Shown here: one piece after another, positions 36,312 to 44,422 of the stretch
Position numbering within the stretch: the first letter of the stretch is position 1
Layout: each line of letters begins with the position of its first letter
The notes under the pieces: generated by a model
What the model was told of the DNA's origin: nothing
The model's database searches: none
Seen by the model: the letters and a program-made list of their open reading frames with translations, nothing else
Source: a virus
Taxonomy: Duplodnaviria > Caudoviricetes
IMG/VR virus record: IMGVR_UViG_3300037692_000546
Coordinates: 1-58,332 of that record
Length of the DNA: 58,332 bases
Direction: 5' to 3' (one strand)
Position numbers and translations under genes: made by a program

Positions 36312-38873
36312 ATGCGCAACCGTCCACAAATCCTCAATCTCTCCCAGGCCGACTACGGGCTGGTCCGCTATGCCGAACAGCTCTATCGGCAACTGGAACA
36401 GACTCGTTTAGCTTGTGGCGCACCGATGTTGCAACAACAGCGGATCGTTGATGGCATTACCATGCTGATCCGGGCCTGTGCAGTACAGGGCGGTCGGATC
36501 ATTTTATTGGGCGGCTTCTTGGGGCAGATCATGCTGGCGGCAGAGAAAGACGGAAGTACGGTCTTTTCCGTCTACGACTATCTGCAGGACAAGATTTCGG
36601 AAGCCGCGAAATTATCGGCTTTTTCTTTTGGCGACACCGAACTGGTCCCGGCCTACAACCGGCGATGTCAATTAGCGGAACAAGCGCAGGTCAGCGGCAC
36701 CAGCAACTGGTCAGCGGGTTTGCTGGAGAACCCCGAATTGATCTACCTTGGCGGGGTGAACAATTATGAGCAGGCTTACTTTGCCAATCTGACCGCGCTT
36801 TACGTGCGGGTAAGTAATAATTTGCAGCCTATTGCCTTGGTCCCTGGCGGATTTACGCTGCTGCCGGAACTGTGCGGCCCCTTTCTGTCGTTGTTTTCCT
36901 TTTCTGCTTCTCCTGATGATTCTTATTGGAATCTTTTCCAAGGGACTTCACTATTTAGCATTACCCCGTCATCCGGGTTTGTGATGGAATACGGCGCATG
37001 GATTCCAAGTTTCTTCACCGTGGAGCCGGCTGATCCTTCGGGTTTGAAACCAGGATGGTATTATGGCGCTTATCCTTCTTCACGTTATGACCTGATAGAC
37101 CCACTTGGAAGTCTTGACGTTTCTCTCTGCGCGATTGTCAAAACCCATCTGCAAGGCGGCCTTTACGCGCAAGGTTGGTGTGAATTTGTTTCCGCAGTTA
37201 ACGGCGAGGATAGAAGTGATCTATTTTTCTATTTCGAGCCAATGGGTATACCGGGTAATAATTATGCCTATCGAGAAATCGCGCTTGGCAGTTATGTTAA
37301 TTCTCGCATTACCATCGGTTCGATCTTGCCAGGGTTCTCCTCGGCCTTTTCGCTGTCAACCACTCTCCCGGGGATTAAGCCAGACTTGGTCCATCTATGG
37401 AATTTTCTCGCCTGGTCAGAAGAGGCGGACGTTTTTGTGGATGCAGTAGGTGTTTTAATCATCGAGGGCAAAAAGCTGCGCGGTTATCGTTTTAAAGGAT
37501 ACGCCTTACCGTTTATCGAAACTGATTTTTATCATTCACATACGATCAGTGATGATGGACGGTTAGTGGCGGTCTTTGAAGCAGAAGAAACGCTAATTTC
37601 CAGTATCAAGATCTTCGACTTATATGGAGAGCGAGAAGCACCGCTCAAGGAAAATGATAAGTATCTGAAGGGTGGCTATACCCTAGTACGAGAAAGTGCC
37701 GTGGTGGCCCGCCTGTCTGCCTCTACGGGGTGTTTCATTCCCCTGAGGGAGAAAACATTCACGCCTTCTGTCTCAAAATTATCTTCTCCGGTTCCGGTTT
37801 TCCCTGATAGTCGCAGTGGTTTTCCTTCATTATCGACACTGATTTTTTACAAGGGTGGAAATGATGGCATTCAAATCGATAAAGTTACCTGTCTCAATGG
37901 CGTTGATGCCCGATTCGGTATTTCTTATGACCCCTGTTTTTCCAGTCGAGTAGTGGTCGATGACCCGGATCAGGTTGCGTCCAGAGACAAGCTTGTTGCC
38001 GGCTGGGATGTTGGTGGTGTCTATAAAGGAGTAGTGCGCGGAACTTTCCAAGGGGACAGCCCAAACGTTAGATTTTATGGCGAAGGTGTGGGTAATAGTC
38101 CGGCTTATGGCGTTATTACTTTAGGAGAAAGTTTGGATATTGCCCAGGTTAGCGAAACGGAATTTTATTCTATCAGTGGGGCGGCCGGAGGAATCGCCTC
38201 ACTTACCTGCTTAATCGAATCTGGCTCCTGGTATGTAATCGATCCGGCTTGCAACCCAAACTGTGAGGGCATTCTTACGGTTGCGGCGACGTCTGGCTGT
38301 GGTCAGTCGGGTAGCTTGGATATTCCGTTCGCGCCGCCATTAACGCTAAGCGGAAGCGAGACGCCAAATGTAGGCTCTACTTATCGAGCGGCGGGTGGAA
38401 GTGGCGGATATGTCTATTCGATCTCTTGTGGCACAATCAATTCAGAAACCGGCCAGGTGTTAAACCTGACTGATTGCTGTGGGTCGGGCACGGTATCTGC
38501 AACAGACACCTGTGGGACAACGGTTACACTCGATGTGCGCTTCCCGTCGGGGAGGTGGGTACAAGAATCGATTGAAAAACAAAGTCTTTATTGCGGCATT
38601 TCCGGTGCGTATGGCACCACCCGCTATAGCAGCTATCACTACTATGGGCAGTACCGCACCCATAACATTTTCAAATATCATAGGCTTGGGTCCTCTTGCT
38701 CCAACTGCGGATGGCAACCATCGTTTCCTGCTCCGACCGCCGCGTTGTGGACTTCTGGCCCAGAGGCCACCTACGACCCTGGCCCAGCCCTGTGCCACGA
38801 GATAACACCTGTTAGCGATACCTATCGATACGTGATCATAACGTCTACCCGCGAGGAGTGGGTATGTCTGTGA
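36312..38873 (+). CDS. large putative tail/receptor-binding protein with Cys-rich C-terminus
   Basis: 853 aa in the tail module; beta-rich; many Cys in the last ~230 aa. Confidence 0.5.
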   Translation: MRNRPQILNLSQADYGLVRYAEQLYRQLEQTRLACGAPMLQQQRIVDGITMLIRACAVQGGRIILLGGFLGQIMLAAEKDGSTVFSVYDYLQDKISEAAKLSAFSFGDTELVPAYNRRCQLAEQAQVSGTSNWSAGLLENPELIYLGGVNNYEQAYFANLTALYVRVSNNLQPIALVPGGFTLLPELCGPFLSLFSFSASPDDSYWNLFQGTSLFSITPSSGFVMEYGAWIPSFFTVEPADPSGLKPGWYYGAYPSSRYDLIDPLGSLDVSLCAIVKTHLQGGLYAQGWCEFVSAVNGEDRSDLFFYFEPMGIPGNNYAYREIALGSYVNSRITIGSILPGFSSAFSLSTTLPGIKPDLVHLWNFLAWSEEADVFVDAVGVLIIEGKKLRGYRFKGYALPFIETDFYHSHTISDDGRLVAVFEAEETLISSIKIFDLYGEREAPLKENDKYLKGGYTLVRESAVVARLSASTGCFIPLREKTFTPSVSKLSSPVPVFPDSRSGFPSLSTLIFYKGGNDGIQIDKVTCLNGVDARFGISYDPCFSSRVVVDDPDQVASRDKLVAGWDVGGVYKGVVRGTFQGDSPNVRFYGEGVGNSPAYGVITLGESLDIAQVSETEFYSISGAAGGIASLTCLIESGSWYVIDPACNPNCEGILTVAATSGCGQSGSLDIPFAPPLTLSGSETPNVGSTYRAAGGSGGYVYSISCGTINSETGQVLNLTDCCGSGTVSATDTCGTTVTLDVRFPSGRWVQESIEKQSLYCGISGAYGTTRYSSYHYYGQYRTHNIFKYHRLGSSCSNCGWQPSFPAPTAALWTSGPEATYDPGPALCHEITPVSDTYRYVIITSTREEWVCL

Positions 38874-39199
38874 GCCGAGATACCGACCGAGGACCCGATC
38901 GCATCGTCACGGTTTCCAGCGCCGATGTGGTTGAATCTGAGCCTTTTAAAAAGGAAACCGGCTGTTGTGCAGAGGTACTTCCTTCCATTGGTTGGATGGC
39001 GCAGAACTTGGCGGGCTCAGCGATTGAATGGGCTAAGTCGGGATTCAAGCTTGCCGAGCAAGATGAACAACAGCGCCGCTGGGCGCTCTGTCAGCAGTGT
39101 CCTGAACTCTTGGATGGACGGCGTTGTATACGCTGTGGTTGTTATATGGAATTAAAAAGTCGGCTGGAGGGTATGAAGTGTCCTGATGGGCACTGGTGA
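38864..39199 (+). CDS. DUF6171-like Cys-rich protein
   Basis: RW..CQQCP....C.RCGCYM..K..L....CP.G.W. Confidence 0.6.
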   Translation: MSVSRDTDRGPDRIVTVSSADVVESEPFKKETGCCAEVLPSIGWMAQNLAGSAIEWAKSGFKLAEQDEQQRRWALCQQCPELLDGRRCIRCGCYMELKSRLEGMKCPDGHW

Positions 39200-39224
39200 A
39201 AACTTCTTGCAGAAAGTGAAGCGA

Positions 39225-39671
39225 ATGACAGAACACAACTGCCAAAAAGAACGAACCTTTGTTGCTATTGAAACCGATGTAGTGGAAGTGCGTAATGCCT
39301 TCCGCGAGATGCTGACCGAATTCAAAGAGCTGACTCGGGATTTGCGTAACTCATTAATCGATGGGCGGGAACGCAAAATTGAGGCGAGTAATCTTCGGCG
39401 AGACGTGGATAAGGTAATGCTCAATAATGACCGGTTCTGGAAGGAGCTGGACAAGATCCGCAATATTGATATCGCTCCGCTTAGAAGCTTCAAGGAACGC
39501 ACCGAAGGCACTTATGGGGCATTTAAAATCATTCCGATCGTCTGCACGATTATCGTGGCGCTGATGACGATTTATAACTATTCGCAGGCGCCACAGGAAA
39601 AGATGTCTTATCAATATCTTCAACCGCCTCAAGAGGTAACACACCCACCTCTGCGGACACTACAACCTTAA
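39225..39671 (+). CDS. coiled-coil protein with C-terminal TM (lysis region, holin-like)
   Basis: One TM segment IIPIVCTIIVALMTIY; directly upstream of the endolysin. Confidence 0.45.
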   Translation: MTEHNCQKERTFVAIETDVVEVRNAFREMLTEFKELTRDLRNSLIDGRERKIEASNLRRDVDKVMLNNDRFWKELDKIRNIDIAPLRSFKERTEGTYGAFKIIPIVCTIIVALMTIYNYSQAPQEKMSYQYLQPPQEVTHPPLRTLQP

Positions 39672-39686
39672 CCGGAGATTACTACT

Positions 39687-40247
39687 ATGGCAAGTCTTGA
39701 ACCGGCATTAAAAAAACTATTGCTTGTTGAAGGAGGCTATGCCGACGTGGCGGGCGATCGGGGTGGTGAAACCTATTGCGGCATTTCCCGCAAACATCAT
39801 CCTGGTTGGTCCGGCTGGTTGCTTATCGACCAATGGAAAGACGCTGATCGGCCCGGAAAATCGCGGGCTGATACCGTCCTGCTGACGGCCGCTGTAGCCT
39901 CGTTTTACCGTGCTGAGTTCTGGGGACCATTGCTCCTGGATGAAATGAACCACCAAGCAATCGCGGAAGAAGTGTTTGATTCGGCGGTTAACGCCGGGCC
40001 GGCACGAGCGGTGAAATGGCTGCAGCAAGCACTGAATATGGTCGGTAGGCCCACACAGAAAGCACTGGAGGTTGATGGCCGATGTGGGCCGGTAACGATT
40101 GCTGCGGTTAATCGGTGTACCGACCAGCCTACCTTGCTCAAGGTGTTAAATGGTTTGCAGTTTATGCACTATCACTGGTTGGTTGAAGCTGATCCCAGCC
40201 AAAAGAAATTCTTCCGCGGCTGGATGCGGCGCGTTTGGGAACATTAA
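39687..40247 (+). CDS. endolysin, glycoside hydrolase family 108 with PG-binding domain
   Basis: EGGY...DRGGET..GI, FD.AVN.G...A...LQ.ALN, VDG..GP.T, FF.GW..R. Confidence 0.92.
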   Translation: MASLEPALKKLLLVEGGYADVAGDRGGETYCGISRKHHPGWSGWLLIDQWKDADRPGKSRADTVLLTAAVASFYRAEFWGPLLLDEMNHQAIAEEVFDSAVNAGPARAVKWLQQALNMVGRPTQKALEVDGRCGPVTIAAVNRCTDQPTLLKVLNGLQFMHYHWLVEADPSQKKFFRGWMRRVWEH

Positions 40248-40275
40248 CAACTTACTAAATTCAATTGGAGAAGCG

Positions 40276-40446
40276 ATGAGAAACTGGCGAACGACGATGG
40301 TGGGATTGGCAACGGCTGGTTTGTATGGGGCTATCGAGATCATTCAAACTGGAGTAGTGGAACCGAAGGTTATCCTGATTGCCGCCGGGATTGCAGCACT
40401 GGGTTATTTCAGCAAAGATGCAGGGGTCTCGGGGACAGTTAAATAA
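40276..40446 (+). CDS. small two-TM holin-like protein
   Basis: MRNWRTT..G...LG.F.KD pattern; start at ATG 40276 after GGAGA. Confidence 0.6.
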   Translation: MRNWRTTMVGLATAGLYGAIEIIQTGVVEPKVILIAAGIAALGYFSKDAGVSGTVK

Positions 40447-40463
40447 CTTCGATTGGAGACATA

Positions 40464-40625
40464 ATGAGCGGACGTTGCAATCACAGTAAGACCGGAGTTT
40501 GCCCCGCAGCGAATAATGCACTGCAATGTGCCAAGACGATTTGCCCTGGAATGGAGGATTCGTATGTCACATGTAAAACCTGTGGTAATGAGTACAGCAC
40601 ATCCTGCGAACAATGCAGGAGGTGA
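40464..40625 (+). CDS. Cys-rich micro-protein (53 aa, 8 Cys)
   Basis: Manual translation MSGRCNHSKTGVC...CKTC...CEQCRR; RBS GGAGA. Confidence 0.4.
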   Translation: MSGRCNHSKTGVCPAANNALQCAKTICPGMEDSYVTCKTCGNEYSTSCEQCRR

Positions 40626-40626
40626 A

Positions 40627-41172
40627 ATGGTTGAGTTACAGCAGGGAGACGTATTCGCTGTTTACTCCGGTTCGTGGTTGGCGCGATCGATCAATGCCGT
40701 ATCGGGCTGGAATGCTTCAGACAGCGAAAGCGAATACAACCATGCCGGGATAATCACTAACGCCAACGGTCAGACATTCGAGGCCCTGCGTCGTTTGGAT
40801 TTTTACCACCTGGACGCCTATCAGAAGCGGAAGGTTATTGTCGCCCGCCCAAAGGCCTCACAGGTGGCCAAGCAAACGGCATTGCTCAGACTGATCAGCC
40901 TCCACCGGGGGCAGATCTATCCGGCCTGGCGGATTCCGTTGCATGTTTACCCTCCACTGGCCAGGAAGATTTCCCTTAATGGCAAGTACCTGGTTTGCTC
41001 GGAACTGGTGGCAAAGTACGAATGGCTGACAGGGAACAGACATCTGTCATACACCGGAGCAACCCCGGACATGCTGGTGGACGAGTGGCGGCAATGGCGG
41101 GATTTCGAAATCATTTACGAAGGAGAAATAATGGCGAATCAGGCACCTTGCGCCCCGTCTCTTGCCGGCTAA
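40627..41172 (+). CDS. permuted papain-like (YiiX/YebB-like NlpC/P60) enzyme
   Basis: LQQGDV..., YNHAGI, FEA, CSELVA (His before Cys = permuted); start at ATG 40627 after GGAGG. Confidence 0.75.
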   Translation: MVELQQGDVFAVYSGSWLARSINAVSGWNASDSESEYNHAGIITNANGQTFEALRRLDFYHLDAYQKRKVIVARPKASQVAKQTALLRLISLHRGQIYPAWRIPLHVYPPLARKISLNGKYLVCSELVAKYEWLTGNRHLSYTGATPDMLVDEWRQWRDFEIIYEGEIMANQAPCAPSLAG

Positions 41173-41210
41173 AAGGGGCGGCACCGTAGTAAGGCTGGTT
41201 CACTGAACAT

Positions 41211-41251
41211 AAAAAAACCCCGCAATCCAATTAAGGAGAGCGGGGTTTTTT
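41211..41251. terminator. bidirectional intrinsic terminator between convergent late and early blocks
   Basis: AAAAAAACCCCGC...GCGGGGTTTTTT. Confidence 0.8.
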
Positions 41252-41252
41252 A

Positions 41253-41600
41253 TTATTTTTCCCAACCGATTACTGGACCGTCGGGGTTTTCTTTAATCTG
41301 TGATTCTACGCCGATCTGGTTTAATCCGGAACTCAAGGCTTGAAACAGTAAATGGGCAAAGACATCAACGAACTTCTCGTTGGTGCGCAGATCGTACTCA
41401 TTCATGACGAACAGAATCCAGTGCACCACTTCGTGGATATAGGACTGCTCGGTGGTCTGGTCCGGGGTGGCGCCGGCGTCCATCACGATCTGTTGTAAAT
41501 GATAGATCGACTCACCAATCATCTTGTGATCGCGGATCATGTTGTCGTTGTAAACAGTTTCGATAGATAGGCCGGCGAGGTTTATTTTAACAGGGATCAT
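41253..41600 (-). CDS. small HExxH zinc metallopeptidase-like protein
   Basis: G.......I.......Q...SYIHEVVH.I...NEKFVD. Confidence 0.65.
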   Translation of the reverse strand: MIPVKINLAGLSIETVYNDNMIRDHKMIGESIYHLQQIVMDAGATPDQTTEQSYIHEVVHWILFVMNEYDLRTNEKFVDVFAHLLFQALSSGLNQIGVESQIKENPDGPVIGWEK

Positions 41601-41634
41601 GCAGTCTCCAGGGGTGAAAAATCCCACTACCCTA

Positions 41635-41781
41635 TTAGGGAGCAACGGGCTTTTTCGTTAAAGATTTGAATTCCTTGCGTTCTTTGAACTCGGCTTTTTT
41701 GCCGGGGTTCCAGGTTTGTACAGGGCGCATGAAGCCGCAAACCCGACTGTATGTTTCAACCTTTCCTTCACATTTCTTCAA
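41635..41781 (-). CDS. stand-alone NrdD C-terminal glycyl-radical domain peptide (48 aa)
   Basis: C...VETYSRVCGFMRPVQTWNPGKKAEFKER; probable TTG start at 41781 after AAAGGAAG. Confidence 0.8.
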   Translation of the reverse strand: MKKCEGKVETYSRVCGFMRPVQTWNPGKKAEFKERKEFKSLTKKPVAP

Positions 41782-41965
41782 TATTATTACTTCCTTTCCG
41801 TTTATCCCACCAATGCCCCATGTACCACATTTCGTCCTGCGTTGCGCCAAACGATCCGATAGTTGTTAATCCGTTGTGCCGAAGCCATGCTACTTGGTCA
41901 ATGTAATTTCCGGTGCAGTCCGGACAGTGGCACGGAACTTTTAGCGGCGCGTTTTTGTTTGCCAT
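41768..41965 (-). CDS. hypothetical protein
   Basis: CHCPDC; RBS GGGAG. Confidence 0.45.
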   Translation of the reverse strand: MANKNAPLKVPCHCPDCTGNYIDQVAWLRHNGLTTIGSFGATQDEMWYMGHWWDKRKGSNNIEEM

Positions 41966-41977
41966 TTATACCACTCC

Positions 41978-42136
41978 CTAGTCCTCTTTACACCTGGGGT
42001 CGTGCTTGCTTCCAACCAAACTGCGCAGGTCTGCCCGAGCATCATCTGCCGAATACGTCCCGTTCAGAAGATCTACAAAGTAAGAGTCTCGATACGGCCA
42101 GCAACTTACCAGATCGTCCTCGGTGAATTCTTTCAT
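41978..42136 (-). CDS. hypothetical protein (52 aa)
   Basis: Manual translation MKEFTEDDLVSCW...; RBS GGAGG. Confidence 0.5.
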   Translation of the reverse strand: MKEFTEDDLVSCWPYRDSYFVDLLNGTYSADDARADLRSLVGSKHDPRCKED

Positions 42137-42499
42137 TTATTCCTCCCATTCCGGGTCAATCGCCGCCACGGCGTCCCGAAGATCCCGAAGCGTGCAATCG
42201 TCTCCATCGCAAAGATGAAGATTCTCCATCAGAGTGTTTCGGGCCGCGTACAACAATTTCCCAAGTTTTGGTGATATATCTTTAGCCCGTTGCGCCAATT
42301 GCACAGCGTCTCTGACCGTCGCGGGTATCTCGCCGTCACTTGTGAAACAATCCTGGTAATCTGCATCTTTTAGAATTTCTCGGATAGCAGAATAAACACT
42401 TGCCTGCCCGGCATCGAACGCGATTTTGCAGTAACCAAGAGCCGAAAGCGGCGTACCTTTTGACTGCATTTCCTCTGCAACTTCATCCCAATTTTTCAT
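42137..42499 (-). CDS. hypothetical phage protein
   Basis: Operonic, ATGA coupling. Confidence 0.55.
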   Translation of the reverse strand: MKNWDEVAEEMQSKGTPLSALGYCKIAFDAGQASVYSAIREILKDADYQDCFTSDGEIPATVRDAVQLAQRAKDISPKLGKLLYAARNTLMENLHLCDGDDCTLRDLRDAVAAIDPEWEE

Positions 42500-42690
42500 T
42501 TATCCTCACCCTTCATAGCTATCTGCACGATACTACCTCCTGGCCCTGCGTACTCTGCCGCCTGTTCTCTGGTTGCAAAAACTAGTATACAGCCTGTGCA
42601 TCCATCAGCCATGCCTGAAATTTGCAGGGTTTTCTTTAGCCCCATGATTTCGATTTCGACTTCTTTTTTCAATGACATTGCAGCCCACAT
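42496..42690 (-). CDS. hypothetical phage protein
   Basis: RBS GGAG directly beside the cassette-array boundary. Confidence 0.55.
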   Translation of the reverse strand: MWAAMSLKKEVEIEIMGLKKTLQISGMADGCTGCILVFATREQAAEYAGPGGSIVQIAMKGEDK

Positions 42691-42700
42691 TTCATACTCC

Positions 42701-42750
42701 GCTTAAGTATTGGCTTATATAGGGGGGGGTCTGTATAAGCCTTGTTATAT
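42701..42750 (+). other. candidate attI-like/primary recombination site at the 5' end of the cassette array
   Basis: Core GTTATAT (42744-42750) preceded by the inverted repeat GGCTTATATAG...CTGTATAAGCC. Confidence 0.45.
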
Positions 42751-42960
42751 TTCTTCGCCGTCCTCGTCGGTTTGCACAAATTCGATCCTGTGCAGGCATC
42801 GAACGAAAAAGGTTTTACCGCAATCCGGGTTTGGACATTTCAGTTCGCTGTCGTCGCAATCTCCGGTGTAGACCTTGCCTACGGTGTACTCTCCGTGCCA
42901 GGTTTGTTCATCGTCAAACTCATAACCACAATGGTTGCATGTTGGATTTTTTGTTTTCAT
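42745..42960 (-). CDS. cassette 1 ORF: zinc-ribbon protein
   Basis: CNHC...CPNPDC; RBS GGAGG; TAA stop inside the core site. Confidence 0.65.
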   Translation of the reverse strand: MKTKNPTCNHCGYEFDDEQTWHGEYTVGKVYTGDCDDSELKCPNPDCGKTFFVRCLHRIEFVQTDEDGEEI

Positions 42961-42974
42961 TCTAACCTCCAGAA

Positions 42975-43039
42975 ATATAACCAATCGCTGCAAGCGGACT
43001 CGGCAAACTGCGCCGAGCCCTTGACCTTAGTCGTTCTAT
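42975..43039 (+). repeat. attC site 1 (65 bp)
   Basis: ATATAAC-CAATC-GCTGCAAGCGGACTCGGC...GCCGAGCCCTTGACC-TTAGTC-GTTCTAT. Confidence 0.8.
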
Positions 43040-43233
43040 TGTTTCTTGGTAGCGAACAGACCGCCCGTCTTTTTCATCCAGGTTTTGGTAAGGCCCATTC
43101 CGCCTTCGTCGCTGATCCCGTAGAGCAGGTCGCTTGCAGCTTCGAGAGCTTTTGCGGCCAGGTAGATCGGCATAAATAAGATGTCCAGTAAAATAAAGAG
43201 CAGTAGTGCCATCAACCAGATGATTTTTCCCAT
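43036..43233 (-). CDS. cassette 2 ORF: small membrane protein
   Basis: N-terminal TM IIWLMALLLFILLDILFMPIYL; RBS GGAGG. Confidence 0.6.
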   Translation of the reverse strand: MGKIIWLMALLLFILLDILFMPIYLAAKALEAASDLLYGISDEGGMGLTKTWMKKTGGLFATKKQ

Positions 43234-43248
43234 TTTCGCGCCTCCGCA

Positions 43249-43351
43249 ATAGAACCCATCAGTGAAGACGACGCGCAACTCAGTTCGCGTTTGGCCCAGG
43301 GTCTCTGTGGTACGCGGTCATTCTGCTACGCGTCTTACCTTATCGTTAGCG
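43249..43351 (+). repeat. attC site 2 (103 bp)
   Basis: ATAGAAC-CCATC-AGTGAAGACGACGCG...CGCGTCTTACC-TTATC-GTTAGCG. Confidence 0.8.
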
Positions 43352-43621
43352 AAAATATAAATGTGGCAGCGTCCACCGTATTATTTGCAGCCGCCCGTTT
43401 CTGTACCACCGAACGCTGCGCCAGGAGTTCCGCGCCTTGCACACTGGCAGCACCAACCCGGTTTTACCTTCCCGACAGTATGAGCATGTGCAGTTCGGTT
43501 CATGGTCTTCGCGCAGTATCGAAGGCCGTGAAATCCTCAGCCACTTTCTGCAGGTGCCCGCTAACAAAGCGTTTGAGTCGGACGATTCAGCGGCAGTGGT
43601 TCTCGGTTGACTTTCGTGCAT
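43346..43621 (-). CDS. cassette 3 ORF; RBS and ATG lie inside attC3
   Basis: GGAGGTGAAAC-ATG within the attC loop; CTCSYC; TAA stop in the core site. Confidence 0.55.
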   Translation of the reverse strand: MHESQPRTTAAESSDSNALLAGTCRKWLRISRPSILREDHEPNCTCSYCREGKTGLVLPVCKARNSWRSVRWYRNGRLQIIRWTLPHLYFR

Positions 43622-43663
43622 GTTTCACCTCCAGAGCGTCGCCGCTCAGCTTAGTCGTTATGT
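43559..43663 (+). repeat. attC site 3 (105 bp)
   Basis: CGCTAAC-AAAGC-GTTTGAGTCGGACG...CGTCGCCGCTCAGC-TTAGTC-GTTATGT. Confidence 0.85.
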
Positions 43664-43665
43664 CT

Positions 43666-43812
43666 CTAAAACCATCGATACGTTGCTGGCATTTTTTGCC
43701 ACTCGAATATCAACACCTGACCGTTGTCGTGTGGGTCGGATAGCACTCGATATGGAGTAATCGCCAGCCTCCGAACAAATAGATACCTAAACAACCTCTT
43801 TATTTTTTTCAT
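43666..43812 (-). CDS. cassette 4 ORF (48 aa)
   Basis: MKKIKRLFRYLF...; RBS GGAG. Confidence 0.5.
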   Translation of the reverse strand: MKKIKRLFRYLFVRRLAITPYRVLSDPHDNGQVLIFEWQKMPATYRWF

Positions 43813-43831
43813 CTCTCGTCTCCGATCCGCG

Positions 43832-43916
43832 CCATAACAATTGGGTGAACCGGAGCGCTGACGCGCTCCACTCCGATCCACCAGACTACCGCGCCCGGTT
43901 ACCCAAGGCGTTGTGT
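43832..43916 (+). repeat. attC site 4 (85 bp)
   Basis: CCATAAC-AATTG-GGTGAACCGGAGCGC...GCGCCCGGTTACC-CAAGGC-GTTGTGT. Confidence 0.85.
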
Positions 43917-43928
43917 GCCGAACAGCCT

Positions 43929-44099
43929 TCACCCCTCTGCCCAGTACGACAGCTCTGAATCTACCGCCTCTTTCGGGGTCATCCCGTCGTTGAATTCGTC
44001 GGTTGCGGCTTCGGCTAGTTCTCCGGCCAAATCTTGGTCTACGGCACCAGATTCAACGAAGTGTTTCGCATATTCGGCATTCCATTCTTTCCTGTCCAT
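43929..44099 (-). CDS. cassette 5 ORF: small acidic protein (56 aa)
   Basis: MDRKEWNAEY...P.EAVDSELSYW; RBS GGAGGAG. Confidence 0.6.
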   Translation of the reverse strand: MDRKEWNAEYAKHFVESGAVDQDLAGELAEAATDEFNDGMTPKEAVDSELSYWAEG

Positions 44100-44126
44100 T
44101 CTCTCCTCCATAAAGTGGTGGTTAGC

Positions 44127-44185
44127 GCACAACCCAGCGGTCAAGCGGACGGGGAAACCGTCCGCCGCTTACCTTGTCGTTATCT
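44127..44185 (+). repeat. attC site 5 (59 bp)
   Basis: GCACAAC-CCAGC-GGTCAAGCGGACGG-GGAAA-CCGTCCGCCGCTTACC-TTGTC-GTTATCT. Confidence 0.9.
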
Positions 44186-44422
44186 GGCAGGTCGCCAGTG
44201 TGTAGGTTTACATTCCACCGAAAAACCGCACGTCCACCATGTGTTACTGTAGGCCAGTGTTCCATTGGGTGCGTATGGCGTTTTCAAAAGGATCTTTTGT
44301 CTCCCATCTCTCGGCGCTGTTTCGATCGGTTGCCAGCTAACCCGGCGCTCAACGGCGGACTTGCTACGCAAGTCGCGAATTTCGACTCCTGTGCAGTCCT
44401 TGAACATTTCGCTGTTTTCCAT
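44180..44422 (-). CDS. cassette 6 ORF: DUF551-like phage protein starting inside attC6
   Basis: WQPIETAPRDG...PTHW.P; N-terminal KSAVERRVS is encoded by the attC arm. Confidence 0.65.
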   Translation of the reverse strand: MENSEMFKDCTGVEIRDLRSKSAVERRVSWQPIETAPRDGRQKILLKTPYAPNGTLAYSNTWWTCGFSVECKPTHWRPAR

